The notes: generated from the sequence alone by a model not told the origin. A DNA stretch of 61,754 bases, filler included, from Catajapyx aquilonaris (GCA_000934665.2; 4 parts of 4 records of this genome joined end to end with filler, not necessarily neighbours in it), one strand, 5' to 3'. Counted from the first letter of the whole stretch, positions 1-14,094 are shown. Made by a program: numbers and translations.

Positions 1-501
1 CAGGGGTTCGAAATTTTCAGCCGTCAAAACCTCCATCCAAGGTATTTATTTTCGCTTAAATCCGCTGCAGTTGGCAATTTTCTCACAAAACGTGTGTGTT
101 AATTGCCCATAGGGGGAGATGGTCATGATGGTGACAAAAAAGGCGTTTTTTGGGGGGACGTGGTTTTGTGAGTGAGTCAGAATGACGCAGGAGAAAATAA
201 TGCGTCCTCCCCCAACAGGGACAAAAGTTGCTTTCTTTGTGCTTTTCAAAATTTAAACTCAGGTTTGGAGAAGGGGAAGTAACCAGCCATGTGGGACCAA
301 ACGTGTTCAAATAATGTGGAGTGTGTCATATTTTGTCGGGTTGCTGTCTTCACCTGCTGTTACGTGGTACTCATTAATTGATGTTAATTTCAAAGAGCGT
401 ATTTCAAGCATGGGCTCATTAGCATCTCTGACACCTTTTGGGGTCGTTCCTATATAGAAAGTGCATGAAATATTTTCAATTGAAGCTGACGCAGAGAACA
501 T
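1..501 (-). pseudogene. Frameshifted ORF of unknown function (contig-1 family A), truncated by window edge
   Basis: Overlapping ORF fragments 307-501, 83-310 and 46-249 join into one protein-like reading (MFSASASIENISC...RDANEPMLEI...KATFVPVGGGRIIFSCV). Short motif matches to 13064-13790. Confidence 0.4.
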
Positions 502-2639
502 TAGGCTTGATTTTTTAATATTTTTATTGTTAGGGTATTATTATTACTTTAATATTATTTTTGTTTAATTTGTACTTGATATTTGTTATTATGTTTAATT
601 TTTGTTACATATTTTAAAATTATTTTATTTTTTCATGTAGATGGGATAATTATGTAAATGTCAGAGTGAATACGTGCTGGAAGGATTACTGAGCCACTTA
701 CAATGGAAATATGTATGTAATTTTTTTGCGGAAATAACGCAACAGGTGGAAGTATTTTTCACTTAGGCTGCGTGATCAATGGTTAACCTCCATGATGTTA
801 ATTGTCTGGAATATCGCTATCGACACTGATCACTTCCTCTGCATTTACTAACGACTAATTACCCCAGCATTATTTGGAATAATGCAATAATTTCAGGTCA
901 TTTTCATTAAAGTGGAAGATAAATTGAAGAAAGTTTCACTTCTTGCTTTGGACTTAAATTCTCAAATTTCTTAAACTATGTTCCAGTTAATTATTATTAT
1001 TCTTGTGCAATGACAATTTATGTGGAAATGATGTGTTGTTTCATCCCATTTTGATCCATCATACTTCATGAGCTGATATGTCGCACTTTTGTGCCTCATA
1101 CTCTCTTACGTAACACTGTCGCGTCCCCTGTGAATATGCTTGGTGGCGAGCAAAAGAGCCATGATTTTTGCGGCATATGGCGTAGGATAAACAATCAAGG
1201 GCCCTCGGTTACCCAGCCAGGAAATGCGTGTAAAATTCTTCATTTCTCCTCTCGGGGAACACAACCCTTCCACACACAAAAAAAAATCTCATAACAACCC
1301 ACACTGACATGTTGCACTTATTAGCAAACGCGAACGTGCTCGGCACACACATGACACATTACTAAACATTCAGTGAGATGATGACTAGAGCGTCCTTTTT
1401 GGGAAAAAAGGGGGAGCTAAAATATTACACACATGATTGCAAATGAGGAGACCCAGAGTGGATATTGTGTTGGATGGTGGAAAAAAAAGAAGGGGTGTTC
1501 TCCACCTGGCCCTCCCTTAGCCCTCCTAGGGGCACAAGGGGTTGAACCCCCCAGTTTTGGAAATCACATCAGCTGGCCTTTGTCAGAAAATTTTTTTCCA
1601 AACTTTTTTTTTTGAAAACACCCCCCTACACTCTGTATTATTTCCTCCACCCCTTTTTCTCCTAGCGCTCTTCTCTTCAAATCCGTGAATGCTGCCTCCG
1701 GTTTCGTCCCTTGGTCGCTCCCACCTGTCTAGCCCCAGGACGAAGGGCGTAGAAAGACCTGAAAAAAATGGAGAGTGATATGAAAAATAATAATCCGTTG
1801 GTGTGCGCGAAGGATTGAGGCTTGGGAAGTTTTGAATTATGGTCGAAATGACGTTAAAACTCCAGGCGGGGAGGGCGGGTCGGCTTCTTTTTTGGCTTCC
1901 ACACCACCTCTTTTTTGGGGGGGAGAACCAAGGGTGAACCTCAAGAAGAGTTTTTCGGGGTGGGGCGAAATCCCCAAAAAGGTTCTTTTTGCTGCTTGGC
2001 TTCTTTTCAGCCGTGTTTGGAAGAGGAGGACTTGGGAGGGGGTTGAGATTTTCTTTTTTTCTTCTTGAGATGAAAGGGTGCCCTGCGGGGTGGCTTGATC
2101 CATTCCCTTCGACCGTTTCCAAATATCGAGGACTTTTTTTTCTGGGTGGAGGAAGCTGACTATTTGTCAGGTGGAGTTCCTTTTTTGTTGTTGGGGTTGG
2201 GGTCTCGGTGAAGTGTAGTCACAGAATTAATTAGGGGAAGAAAAGAGACTCGTTACGTCTAATTGGCCTGGAGTTGACGATTTTTTTTAGATGTCTGCTG
2301 GGTCATTGTTGGGGTGAACAGTGTGGTGTCGGGTTTGTCTGAAATTAATTTGCTAGTTCAGACGGCGATTTAGCAATTCAGATGAATATCTGAAAAGCAT
2401 CAAATTGGATTTATACGATTTTTTAAAAGTTTCCGCCTCGTTTTTTTTCTTCAACTACGTCAACGTTTTTTCCGCCGCGTTTTAAACGCCCTTCCCAAAC
2501 ATGCTATGCAGCTTCCACCCTCAATCTTCCTGTACTGGCACAACATGCACAGCTACTAAATATCGACCTCCTATAAATAGATCCACAAGTGAACCTATTG
2601 AGTGTCTCCCCCTACACCCACCAAACCCACACTGTCCAT

Positions 2640-3280
2640 ACCCGAAAAGAAAAATGTCTGCGTGACTCCAGAAGTGCAATTCCACTCAACTCCGTCAGTA
2701 GTACCGCCATGTTATCATTACTCACTCTCGAAACCTACTTTGGGATAGGCATTATTAGACTGTAGGCCGCCACCCAACCACCCCCCTTAAATTTTTTTTA
2801 TACTTGTTCTTCTTCGTCTTGAACCCTCCCGAAGCCAAGTTGGCTAGGTAGTTAGTGAATCTGGCAGGAGGTTTGGGTAGGTGTTGCCTCCGTGCAGTCT
2901 AGTCTGGCCCCCATTGCACGCTCCTCTGGCATCATGCCTGCCCCACTGCCCTTAGCAGGAGGCCCGTCCAATTAGGACACCTACAAATTAGTCACGATAA
3001 ATCAGTCAAGGGTGGGGGTGGGCTCCCTCCAACCCCACCTTCAGGTAGCCGGGAGACGCTTTTGTTGGGGGTTTGTTTCCTGATGACCACTTGGAAACCA
3101 CTGGACACTGCGGTTTCATGTCCCCCATGGGAGTCTGGTCACACGCGTCCCTTTTTAGATTTTCCTTTTTTTGAACCAAGACTTGAGAGTGGTCTGTGCT
3201 GCCTGAAGGACGTGGTGCACCACGATGTCATCCAGAACGTAAGACAACGCTGGGAGATGGACAGTTGTGCGGGGAAGCAT
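2640..3280 (-). pseudogene. Disrupted ORF of unknown function
   Basis: Manual translation from ATG 3280 gives MLPRTTVHLPALSYVLDDIVVHHVLQAAQTTLKSWFKKRK, then frameshifts. No family recognised. Confidence 0.3.
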
Positions 3281-3349
3281 GGTTAGATGAAAGAAAATAT
3301 CCCAAATTGTGTAACGAGTAAGTTATTGGCTAATTAGTGCGAAACCTGC

Positions 3350-6300
3350 TTCAGTGTGGCAAGATGGCCAATGATTTAGAAAGCGAGCGAGGGTGGACAA
3401 AAGGAATGAAATGAATTACAAATTGCAAGTTTGTGTGACATCCGTGTGGGTCGTGTGCGTGGCAGGCCGGTAGGCTACATTATAAAATTAAGCTGAATTG
3501 AAGCGTCGGGTTCGATTAACATAAAACACGCACGCGATCTTGTTTTGAATATAAGCTCACCCTTAACAGTACGACCACTGTTCTAAAAATCAGGTACAGT
3601 ATGAGTCAAATGTGATTGAATTAATTCCTCAATTGAACCGGCTCTATGTATCACCGTGTGTCACTTTTCAAAGCGTCCTGCTTTTCCGTTCTGTGGACAT
3701 GTTTTGAGATACCGACCATCCCCGCCACCCCCACATTGTGACACTTGTCGTCCCCAGGAGCTGACCAACGAACGTGTTTGGACTACAGGTAAGCAAGACG
3801 CGTGTTGTGAAGGTTGAAGCCTGAATCAAGTATAATATAATACCTTTCTTTTTTTAATGTGCTGAGCATTGTGTATGCAGTGTGGGCTATCCATGACACT
3901 CACGGTGGCGGAATGGTCGAATTGTGGCGGAAATGCTATCCGCGATATTTTATGCATCGTAGGCGGTTCCTGCAATACATAACTCAAGCACATGCACCTG
4001 CCCACTTGAGAGATCCTGTAAATTTTCACGCCTAGCCCGCAAATCATGCGCCTTCCTTTTTTCATGTAAAGCTGCTCATCTTCAATGCCTTCCTAAGTGT
4101 TTCGTTTTTTTTTTCAAACAACTCGAGGACGCGGCGTGAGAATAAATTTGGCCTTGTGTTCATTTGACGACGGAAATTTCAGTTACAGTTTATCTGATTT
4201 GTTGAAACCCGAGTTACGACTTCCTATTTTAAAACAATTACCACTCCTCGGAGGTTTGGAAGAGTCCATGTGTTGTGTTGCCCAACTTTTTCTCGGGTGT
4301 ATAAGTTTGGAAATGGGGGTGGAGGGCCCCCCCTCTTCTGATGTGTCTCGGTTGGACGCCCCCAGAAATTGCTTTGGGAGAGACCCTGAACCTTAGGTGA
4401 AGTTGTAATTTGTTCGTCAAAGTGGGCATCCACAAGAATATTTTAGGCCTGGTTCTTAGTGCATGACCACATAAGACGGCAGCCGATCATTCTGCATTTC
4501 AGAATATTATTCTTTTGACTAATGGGCACACTATTTTGGTTGCTATTACAGTATTGCCAACCTAGTCGATCACCTGATTACACGTCAACAGGCCGATATT
4601 ATGACGGGAACTAACCCAATAAACAGAAACTACGAACATGGTGACATATAATCAGGTAATCATGATTGATTGATTGATAGGCGGAAAAAGCAACCACGTA
4701 AACACAATCAGGTAATCAACTCTTTTGTTGGCATGTACTGCTGCGTAAATGTCTAACAAGAAATGAAATTATGGAATACCCTGTACTTCATCTGCCAGAC
4801 GTCATTTTACACACTTAGAGGCCAGTAAATATTACGACGTCGCTTCTGATTTGTATCTGGGTCCGCGTTGAATATGAATGGTTCTGTTAGGACTGAAGAA
4901 ATCATTTGCATATACGTGCTCTTTCTCGGAGAGTTGGCCATTCCACGTGGTTGTGGAGGGCCAGTTCTTCAGGTATAGGGCACCTTCCTTTGTGCTGCGG
5001 GGATTTCAACCCTTCCTCTTCTTGGCCACTGCACAATTCGCCTTTCAAGCACCAAAATCCCCCTCATTTTTTTCTCTCTACCTTCTTCTTATCCTCATCT
5101 CTCTCTCCCTTTCTGACCTAATGTTCCTGGCCGCAGTATAAGGTAGGAATGTTGAGGAGAAGTGAATACCTTGTCAGGAGGCTTCGTCAGACCCTTCCTG
5201 AGAAGAGCTGGCTTGGCGTTGCACTGATGCTATCTCCTTGGCCTCTTCCATTCCGATGTCAATGTAGTTTCATCCTGGATGTCGCCTCTGGAAAAGGTGG
5301 GAGTGATTTTTTTTTTTCAAAAAAAAAATGGACGGGGGTTGCAACAAGTATGTGAAGTGCAAAGTTGCGATTGCATCAACGGATCACGTTCAAGTTGCTG
5401 ATTCTTCCCGTCTTCAGCCTGCTGGATATTTTTTATGGGTTTAAAAAAAGAAAAGATTGATCTACACTTTTTTTTTACCTCCCTTCTATTTTTTTAATGT
5501 CCGACACTTGCGCCACCTTTGGAAGTGGAAGAACAAAGAAGGGGCGCAATTTGTCGGAGTCGTTTGCCGGGGAAATGTCTATGGGAGTTTTATATGCCCG
5601 GCCGTTTCCCTGCCGGACTATGGCCATTCCGAAGAGGGCCATAAAGGTTTAATGTCACAGGCGATTTCAGGTCTTAATCTTCAAGCGACAGAAAATAATT
5701 AGAGGGCCGGCTTGAGATACGCGATACTCAAACTGGAAGGAACAAAAAGAGAAGAGAAAAATTCTTTTCTCCCTATGGGGTGCCTTATATGCATTCTATT
5801 TTAACATTTGCCTGGTTTTTTTTACCGTTTGCGAGCGGTCAACTGTTCAAGGGCAGTTTTAAACCTTTTAGCTCTCAGCCTCTTAATATGTACAGAGGGC
5901 TCCGGATGGAAAATTCCAATCACGGTTTTTCCAGATATGTAATCAGCTAGCCAACAGACACTGTAGTAGCCGCCACCCAGACGAATCCACCTCGAGGACC
6001 ATATCTCAGAGTGTTGTAACCAATCTGAAACCACTTGGTGCGAAAAACGATTAGTAGGTCTAATAGTAGCAATAGTAAAAAAAAATGTAATAAACATTTC
6101 ATATTGTTGCATGCATCCGGTTGTATCAAGAAACTTAATGGAAAAATTCCTGAGAATGTTGTACAAAATTGAAGATTTTCCGATACATTCACACAGCCAG
6201 ACCTGAATACATGCGAGTAATGACTGGTCATAACTGGTACTTAACATTGTTTTAGGGCCACTGATTTGTTTTGATCTGGAACTTGGCCAACAGTATTTCC

Positions 6301-7100
6301 TAGGTGTTGAGATTGAGCAACGCCCTATCCTGAGCAGAAAAAAACAATAACCCTCAGACACATACCGCAGCGAATTCTTCAACCCCTTCAAAACGCAGTG
6401 TGGTAACCAGAGAACAAAGGCCAGATTGGTAATAATCCGATGCATGCTGCTGGTGGCCACTCCCTACTTTTGGTGATTCTTCTCCCCACGTGCCATCAGG
6501 GTCATTGACAGCAAAAGCCTCCTCAACATTGTGTCTTAACTGCAAAGTCAGGGTGTGACGCAAGTTGCATTACAACCCCCTTGCTTGGCCCAAAGTCAAT
6601 TTTTGTCCAAGAAAAATATAAAAGACCGGAATAGTCAGCCTGCTAACGCGTTCCGGATGCCCGGGAACTCTTTGGTCACGGAATGGCCGCCGGGAATTGC
6701 CCCCTTCCATAAGCTTACCCCCTCTATATTTTTTCGCTTTTTTTGAGTTGTTGGGAGTCTGGCGGGAAATGGAGGTCGTAACTAGTTGAGTAGGGGGCAT
6801 TAGTGCCACAGCCCTGGCATTGATCGTCCAGGAGGCACGCCGGACCCCAAATTTCCAACAGGCCTCCCTCCCTCCCCCCACGAGAGAATTCTCCAACACT
6901 ACATTGTTTATCGGAAGAAGCGTCAAGTTCATCACCTGGTCCTGCGACTCTGCAGCTCTGAAGGTGGAAGAGCGGGTGGATGGAACTGGTCCGCGCCACT
7001 TGCTCCCCCATCGTGAAAGTCATCGGATGAATTTTTGCATTTTTACACCGTGTAATTGGAAGAGGTGTTGCCATCAGATGAAGGGAACTTGTCCCATAAG
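3350..7100 (-). pseudogene. Long disrupted coding region(s) of unknown function
   Basis: Chain of minus-strand ORF fragments (6724-7074, 6570-6935, 6354-6563, 5822-6460, 4224-4435, 3826-4065) plus protein-like stretches such as LYLKNWPSTTTWNGQLSEKEHVYANDFFSP. Gene boundaries uncertain. Confidence 0.3.
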
Positions 7101-7157
7101 TTTGGAGTTCAAGGAGGCGGGAGGAGACGCGTATTCTGGTAGCGCCGTTGTGACAAG

Positions 7158-8572
7158 ATGGCCGCCGCGCGCTACCGGCTTTCGCCTCGCACTTTTGAAA
7201 GCGAATTACTTAAATGCAAGTCCCTTATTGATAGAAAATCAAGTAGCGTAAGATGTTGCAGGAGTGAATCAATGTGTTGAAACGAACGTTTGGAGGGTTA
7301 TGCATGCTTGAGAAGGCACAATGGACACTGCTGTTATGTCAACGGTTTTACTTACCGGATCTTCCATGAGAAATGGACAGATTCGATGAATATATTCAGG
7401 AAAAAGTGTTGTGATCTCAGAATCATTGTGTCACATTAGGCAGGGTAAATATCCTGGAAGTTATGCCATCCCGATAAATGGACACTGTATGACATTGTCA
7501 TTGTCAGAACAAGGATCAGCAATTCATTCCATAGGCTGTTCTCACCTTGGCTGGGTTGTGCGTCTGGCAAGCTCACATTTATTATTACAGTATGCAATCA
7601 CAGCGAAATGCGGGCTGTGGAGGCAATTTTTAAGCGTCAACCTTCACTTAAGAAATTCCTTGGCCGTCTATTTAGGAAAGAAGTGACCGTGAAATCCACC
7701 GCCGTCCTTTTTCTTTTTCAAGTTCAACACAAAACCTGAATCGGGCGGAAATCCTTGAGCCCCCGGAATGCTTGCTTTCAGCCCAGCAAGCAAGCCAGCC
7801 CCTCGTCTCTCTTACTACACCCATCAGTTTTGATCGGAAATTCGCATTTTGGGGCGTAAAAAATCGCCACATTATTCAGGAAAGTTGCTCGGTGTGGCCG
7901 AAGCTCCAGTTTAGATGTGGGAGCGGCCGATGCAAACGACCCGGCCCGAAACACTGACATGAATTCACAATGGATTTTTTTTTTCAACGCCACCCCCCCT
8001 ACGACCTCCCCATCTGGGGAGTTCAGCGCGGAATTTGCAATTTCGGAATGTCGTGTCCCGACACATTTGATGTGACTCGTCCATCGATTTTGCGTGCAAA
8101 ATATTGGGGAGGAAGAACCTCTAAGAAAGACTCTTTTTGTGGTGCGTCCACCTCAGTAATGGACCTACGTTGTTCTACAGCAGCTGCTACGGTTCCATTC
8201 ATCAAACGTGATGGTGACTCATTAGCATGGCAGACCTTGAAGTTCTTGGCCCCATAAAGTTCCACGGGGTAAATTAGGACGGTACAACGTGAGAAGCATC
8301 GCAATTCGAGTTTATTTTGGGGCCGAAAAAAATAATACAGTAGTTGTGATGAGGAAGCTGGTTGGCATCTAGGGGTCTAACACGCCTACATTTTTTTGAC
8401 CGTGGACTACGCAAATACGAGCTCAATTACTGTGTGTATCTACGGTATTACGCAGTAGGTTCAAAGGGAATTCTGTAACGCCATTTTTCAGCCTCGTGAC
8501 CTACATACGTCTGGTGCTCGTCATGCCAGATCTAAAGTTAAGTCGAACAAGGATGCTGCTAACTTGAAATAA
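7158..8572 (+). pseudogene. Disrupted intronless ORF of unknown function
   Basis: Starts AAGATGGCC (MAAARYRLSPRTFESELLKCKSLIDRK), continues through fragments 7411-7686, 7772-7957 and 7970-8257, and ends SKVKSNKDAANLK-TAA at 8570-8572. Confidence 0.4.
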
Positions 8573-8580
8573 TAACAAAT

Positions 8581-11021
8581 TTAGCAAAGTGTCATTCGCA
8601 CAAGTTTGCCAAAGATAAGCATTTGATTAAAATGCGGTGGGGTCTGATCAAAACCACGCACGAACAGAAAATTATCTGTACGAGTTTTGCAACGAACCCT
8701 GTAATCTCCATATAAAGGGATGGCAATAAAACTGGAAAAAATTAACGACTTGATTAGCTTCATCCCGGCAAGTCCTAGTGGAATTTGGTTCCGCAAGTCG
8801 TCTGGCAGTTAGGCTGTGCACAATAGTCCCCTTAGGGACAAACTTGTGCGTGTGTCTGACAGGAAGTCTCTCTCTACTTGGAGGGCATGACTTTCCCAAA
8901 GGAATACCACCTTATACCATAAATGACAATCCTTATAATGGTAAAAAAAAATTGTACGTGACTTTTCTCGAATTGTGGCATCCAATTTCATCCTCAATTG
9001 CATATGCAGAATGGACACTTAAAAAACAGGTAATGCATACCGTGAAGCTCAATTCTTCATTTCGGACACAAGCAGTTTGCTGATGACCCGAGAAATAAAT
9101 AATATTAAATTTTTTTAGTGGGACATGAAACATTGCGGACTTTCTCACCTTCAGACGTGTCTTGAAGACACCAAATTCCTTTTTTCCCCAAGAAGCATGT
9201 ATATGCCATAAAATACCAAGGAAGAATCTCAGAGGGAGGTTTGCACAGACGACGTTTTTCATTTCCCAATATTTCTTTTTCCCCCGCAAGGTAATTTAGT
9301 GCAACACAATCAGATTTGTGGAGAGATTGGCCGGATGATCATGACAAATGGATGCCTCTGCTCGGGTTGTTTTTATGGTACCGGTTGCGCAATCCCCCCC
9401 GAAGTTATTAATATAATATCCTTTGGCCGGGGAGTCATGCACACTGTCACGTGGCAACCCCACACAGATCCGAAATATATACACAATTTTTTCCACCACC
9501 ATTCGGTACAGGCTATCTCTTTCCATTTTACGCAATTTCATGCCCCGTTGCCGACTGCTGGAAAAAGTCAACGGCCGTGGCGCTTTTGCAATACACAGGC
9601 GGCGCTCAAGTTCATCTTCGTGCCTAGGAAACGTGCCTGCTGCTACCTTATAATAAGCGCCTTGTGGAAATGAAGGCCTGCCCCTGAAAAACATTAGTCA
9701 TCAGCATGTCAATGCAAACGGCCTATAATGTATACAAAACCCAAGGGGGTCATGTAGCTAGAGCGCGTGAGCTCACATATGCGCTCATTAGGAGCTCCAT
9801 GTCATACTCCAGGTCAATTTTCACTCGAATATTAGGGAGTATTGAATATTTTATTCAATTTGTTCGAGTGGTTCGCTTTCAACTTAAAACAGCCATAATT
9901 TCCTCTCAAATCTAATTTCGCTGCATGAAATTACTTTCCGCATAGAGATGATCATACGCCTAATATTTTCACGCAAAGTGGCAGTCAATGAGGAAGTAAA
10001 TTTCTGAACGGAAATTGATAATTTTACATGTAAATTAGAATGGAATCGTTTCAATCAATTAATTAATAATCGACAAAATAATAGAGCAATAAATAAATGG
10101 ATTAAAAATTAACGCTAAATAAATAAAACAGTAACATGAATTCAGCAGATAATAAACAAATGCGGTAAGGAAGTGAATACAGTAAATAAAACAGTCACTA
10201 AATCATACTGAAATAACAGTGGGACTGAAAATACACTAATTTTGCCTGCTTAATGTATAGGCTTTAAAGTGGTTAAGTGTGTGGTGTTTCTTAGCATCCG
10301 GATATCAAGCGGTAGACCCAGAAATGATTTGCAAGCCTCGATGTGGGTCATGTGTGGCAAATTGTGGCGGAATTTTGCACTTCTCCGGTTTCTGTCCCGG
10401 CGCGCGTGGACGCTACTTTTTTTTCATAGTCTGTGGCAGGTCACGATTTGCCCTCCGGGACCGAAATTCTTAAGGGTCAAGCGATGTTTAAGACTGCTGG
10501 GGGAGATGCGCATTAATTTTTATTGTGTCTCATTTATGCGGTTGACTCCAAACGTGAGCCATGGGCCTGATTACGCCCCTAAATGAAACACTTTGTAGGA
10601 GTAAATGGTGGCAACCATAAAGGCAAATAAGGTCTGGTTGAATCAGTCCTGTCCTGCAGAAAATCGTGTGGTCGCTGTTAAAGACGAAGAGTTCGTCAAA
10701 CCCAATAATCCCAGCAGACAGGACCTTTAGAAGAAGAAGAAGGAAACAGGTTAATCGTAACCAATCCTCTTGGTCACATCGAACGAATCGGATTTTTGCA
10801 AGGCGTCAAAAACTTCGCACGCTGTTTTTCCTCATTTCGGATTCAGAGCGGTGAAGAATGTTGCACTACCAGAGTGTATATTTCCCACGGAAGCCGCATT
10901 AGAGTTGACTGTGGTTTCCCTTGAGAGATAACGGTGACAGAAAACCACTTTTTGATGTTGGTGTGGTCACACCTGATCATGCCTTGCCGAAAGATGGGTA
11001 AGAAAATTTTCTTATCCATAC
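8581..11021 (-). pseudogene. Disrupted ORF(s) with a C-terminal-half RING-like Cys cluster
   Basis: Consecutive fragments 9296-9694, 8933-9289 and 8581-8899, plus a manual reading 11021-10250 (MDKKIFLPIFRQGMIRCDH...). An AT-rich tract at 10030-10250 may be an intron or a spacer. Confidence 0.35.
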
Positions 11022-11499
11022 CTGTTCCCTTGTTGTTTACTCGCGAGTTTGCGGCCTCGACTGTTATTTTTAAACAAATATTAAATTAGCAACCGGAATC
11101 TAGGAATGTGGAATTTACAGTTTTAAATCCCTTTTATATTTATACCGGCTGCTTATTTACTCCCGGTTTTATTCACGAGTCTGATCGATGATAGCCTATT
11201 TTGGGTACCTGGAATCTTGTTCCGTGAGGGGAAAAGTGTGTGAGTCATGATTGGAGTAAGTCTTTAGTGAAACCTGCGCTGACTGCATTTTTCCCCTTGG
11301 CGTTTATTTCCCTCAGCTATGGCTCCCCTGCGTGCTCTTTGCCTGCCGCCGCAACGTAAACACACTCTCATGCCAACCTGAAAAGCGCGTGACGTCAGAA
11401 ATCGCGCACACTCGTCCGCCATCTTTGATTGACTCGCCTGCCACCTGGCGCTAAAATATTCCGCCCACCAAAAAAAAAAATACGCCTCCCATTGATTAA

Positions 11500-13038
11500 A
11501 GTGGCGGCCAAATCTGGGCCCCAGTCGATATTGAGGTTATCCGTGCAATTATTGTTCCCATGTGACCTTTACTGCCGTGCAAGATTGACATGATGGTCAG
11601 AAGAATAAGCCATCATTGTCACACCGTCACTTCGATTGTCATGTAGATTTGCACAACCTGGTTAAACAATCCGCCACCGGAACCGTGTACATGTGACAAT
11701 CGTCACGCATCTATATATGTTGGCCGGATAGGAAGATAATACCCGGTATATACCCTCGGTCTGTTAGAAGAACGTTGAGCATGCCAAGGCGGGCCGGGCA
11801 CGCAGTTAGCATGGGGTCGAATTGGATAATAACCGGTTTGCCTGACGTAATCCAGAGTTGGGTGTGGATGAGATGAGCCCCGCAGTCTCCGCTGGTCAGG
11901 GGTTAAGAAAACGGCCTCGAGGCAAAATGCCGATGATATGTGGCAGCTGCACGGATTCACTTCTGGAGCCCCTTATATGGACTCCAAAAGGTAAACTGTG
12001 GGAGCTTCTTCTGCAACATCGCCTTCTGATAATGACCCGAATGTAAATTTTTGGGTATATTATGCAAAAATTGGGGTGTTCATTCAATTAGGAAAATGAG
12101 CCTCCCTTTTTCTAGGCCCCTTCTGGTTGAATAAAGACGTCATTCATTCCCTAAAGGAGGGGGTTGCCCCCATAGGATGGGCCCTCTTCTTGCATACCCG
12201 CAGGGTGTTTACGTGAACGGAGCTAACCACTTTTCTCCCTCAACACTTCTTTCAAAACGTCGGGGAGGCTTGACGGGCAGTATGGACTCGTCGATGAGGC
12301 ACTAGCTTCATTTTCACACCGTCCACTCTTTATTTTAATCCCCTTCCCCTGCTCGTATGCAGGACTTACCAAATGCCTGTTATGACGTTGGGTGACATAT
12401 TTCGACATTAATGGGACTAAACGTAAACAACCATGGTGCATAATTATATTCGCGCAGTGAGTGTCATATTTGTTGGATATGTACGAGTTGAGGAAGTGTA
12501 GCACTGTTTTAGCATGCCACCATTGTCTTTTTACATTCATCTACCTCTATTCTTTGCGCTGCAAAGCACGTGTGTCATCATGTTACAATCCAGGCATACT
12601 TATTGCCACATTGTTCAAAATCCCCAATGTTGCAGAAACGTGTCAGAAGCAGTAGCATGTGAAACGTGAGTTAAACCATCAATATGGCCTTATGCAACAC
12701 TAATTTGTAGCAATTCTTCAATTCGTATTGTAGGACTAATCTTGATTAAAGCACCTTCTGTTTTTTTATATACCTAAATCACTTACAGACTGACAGTGAC
12801 AAATAGGAAGCAATGCGGAACCGACTGGTGTAATAGTTATATCGTGTACCTGTCCGGCTTAATAATTCAATAATAATGCCCGGGACCAAATGCAGTGCTT
12901 GCACACAACAGGATTTGCGCTGAAAAATGCCGAGAGAGAAAAACCGGTTAAAAGAAAGATTGATCGAGAGAACACCAAAGTTGCTTCGGAGGATTTTCTT
13001 CCAAGCCCATGCTGTCCAAGTGTCACTGTAAGGCTTAA
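11500..13038 (+). pseudogene. Disrupted ORF of unknown function
   Basis: Protein-like reading with occasional stops (SGRLDGQYGLVDEALASFSHRPLF...YLLDMYELRKCSTVLACHHCLF), converging on the 13064 ORF. Confidence 0.3.
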
Positions 13039-13063
13039 TAGTTTGTAATAGTTTATCCCCTAC

Positions 13064-13790
13064 TCAACTTTGGTATTCCTGCAAGCACTTTTTTTTGAGA
13101 GAGAGTGTGTGTGTCCCGGTGTGTCCTGAACATTCTCTATCAGTTAGTTCTTTTCCGCCGAAGCTGGCCAATGCTTTGCGAATTGCGGCCAGCATAATCC
13201 TCTTTGGCTTGAAAAATGGCATTAGGCTCGTGTTTTGAAACAGTTCCAATCCATCAAAGTCGAGGCACGGGCGCATGCAGTCGAATTCGGCTGGGGCCTC
13301 GAAATGGTAAAAGCGCTATTTTTTTGCAAACCCTATCCCTCCCCCCAACCCCCTACTATTCCAAACCCACCCTTGCACACAAAATAAAAGCCGAACGGAA
13401 TCACTTAATGGACGCTGAGGCAACAAATTTGCTTTGGCTCGTATTTCTAGCCAATTCGTGATGGCGTCAGTGGGGTGGTTTGGAAGGTATAAATAAAAAT
13501 TGCCACATGGCCCACCCCCTTTGGATGATGATGTTTTATTGCGTGCGGGCAATATCATAGGGGTTGACTGGAGGGATGAAAAGTATTTTTGCACGATTTT
13601 ACTAGCCGTGTGTGTCTATGCAATTTGGCGCTTTTTTCCCCCCCTTTGGGGCGGAAGCATGGGGGAAGGGTTCGATTTTAATATCGGTTCATTATTAGCA
13701 ATCCTGCATTTTTTTGTGAAATTGCGAATTTTTGTGGATCGATGTCACACACGCTGGTCCACCGCGGATTATAATTTTCTGTAAATTTTT
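13064..13790 (-). pseudogene. Frameshifted ORF of unknown function (contig-1 family A)
   Basis: Fragments 13316-13594 and 13064-13276. Motifs NNEPILK and LEIRAKANLLPQ...RLLFCV resemble those of 1-501. Confidence 0.4.
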
Positions 13791-14094
13791 GAATTTTATG
13801 TAATTATTTATTTATGATTAATTTCAAATTTATAAATGGTGTAGGCTATTATTTATTTATTTATTTTAAATTTTAACTTTTGTGCTATTATTTATATATT
13901 TTTAAATTTTGTATTATATATATTTCAGAATTTTAAATTTCGTTCATATTTGTTTATTTTAAAAATTTTATTATACATCAGAATTTTAAATTGATTAGTA
14001 TTATAAATTTTGTATTATTATTTAGTTATTTAAAAATAATTTGATTAGTATTACAAAATCATTATTTTTATTAATTTTTGTACAAAAATTAATT

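Noticed and set aside
5822..6563. KDZ/Zisupton transposase in contig 1
   Set aside because: Only a vague Gly/Trp resemblance; the diagnostic CxH and acidic motifs were not found.
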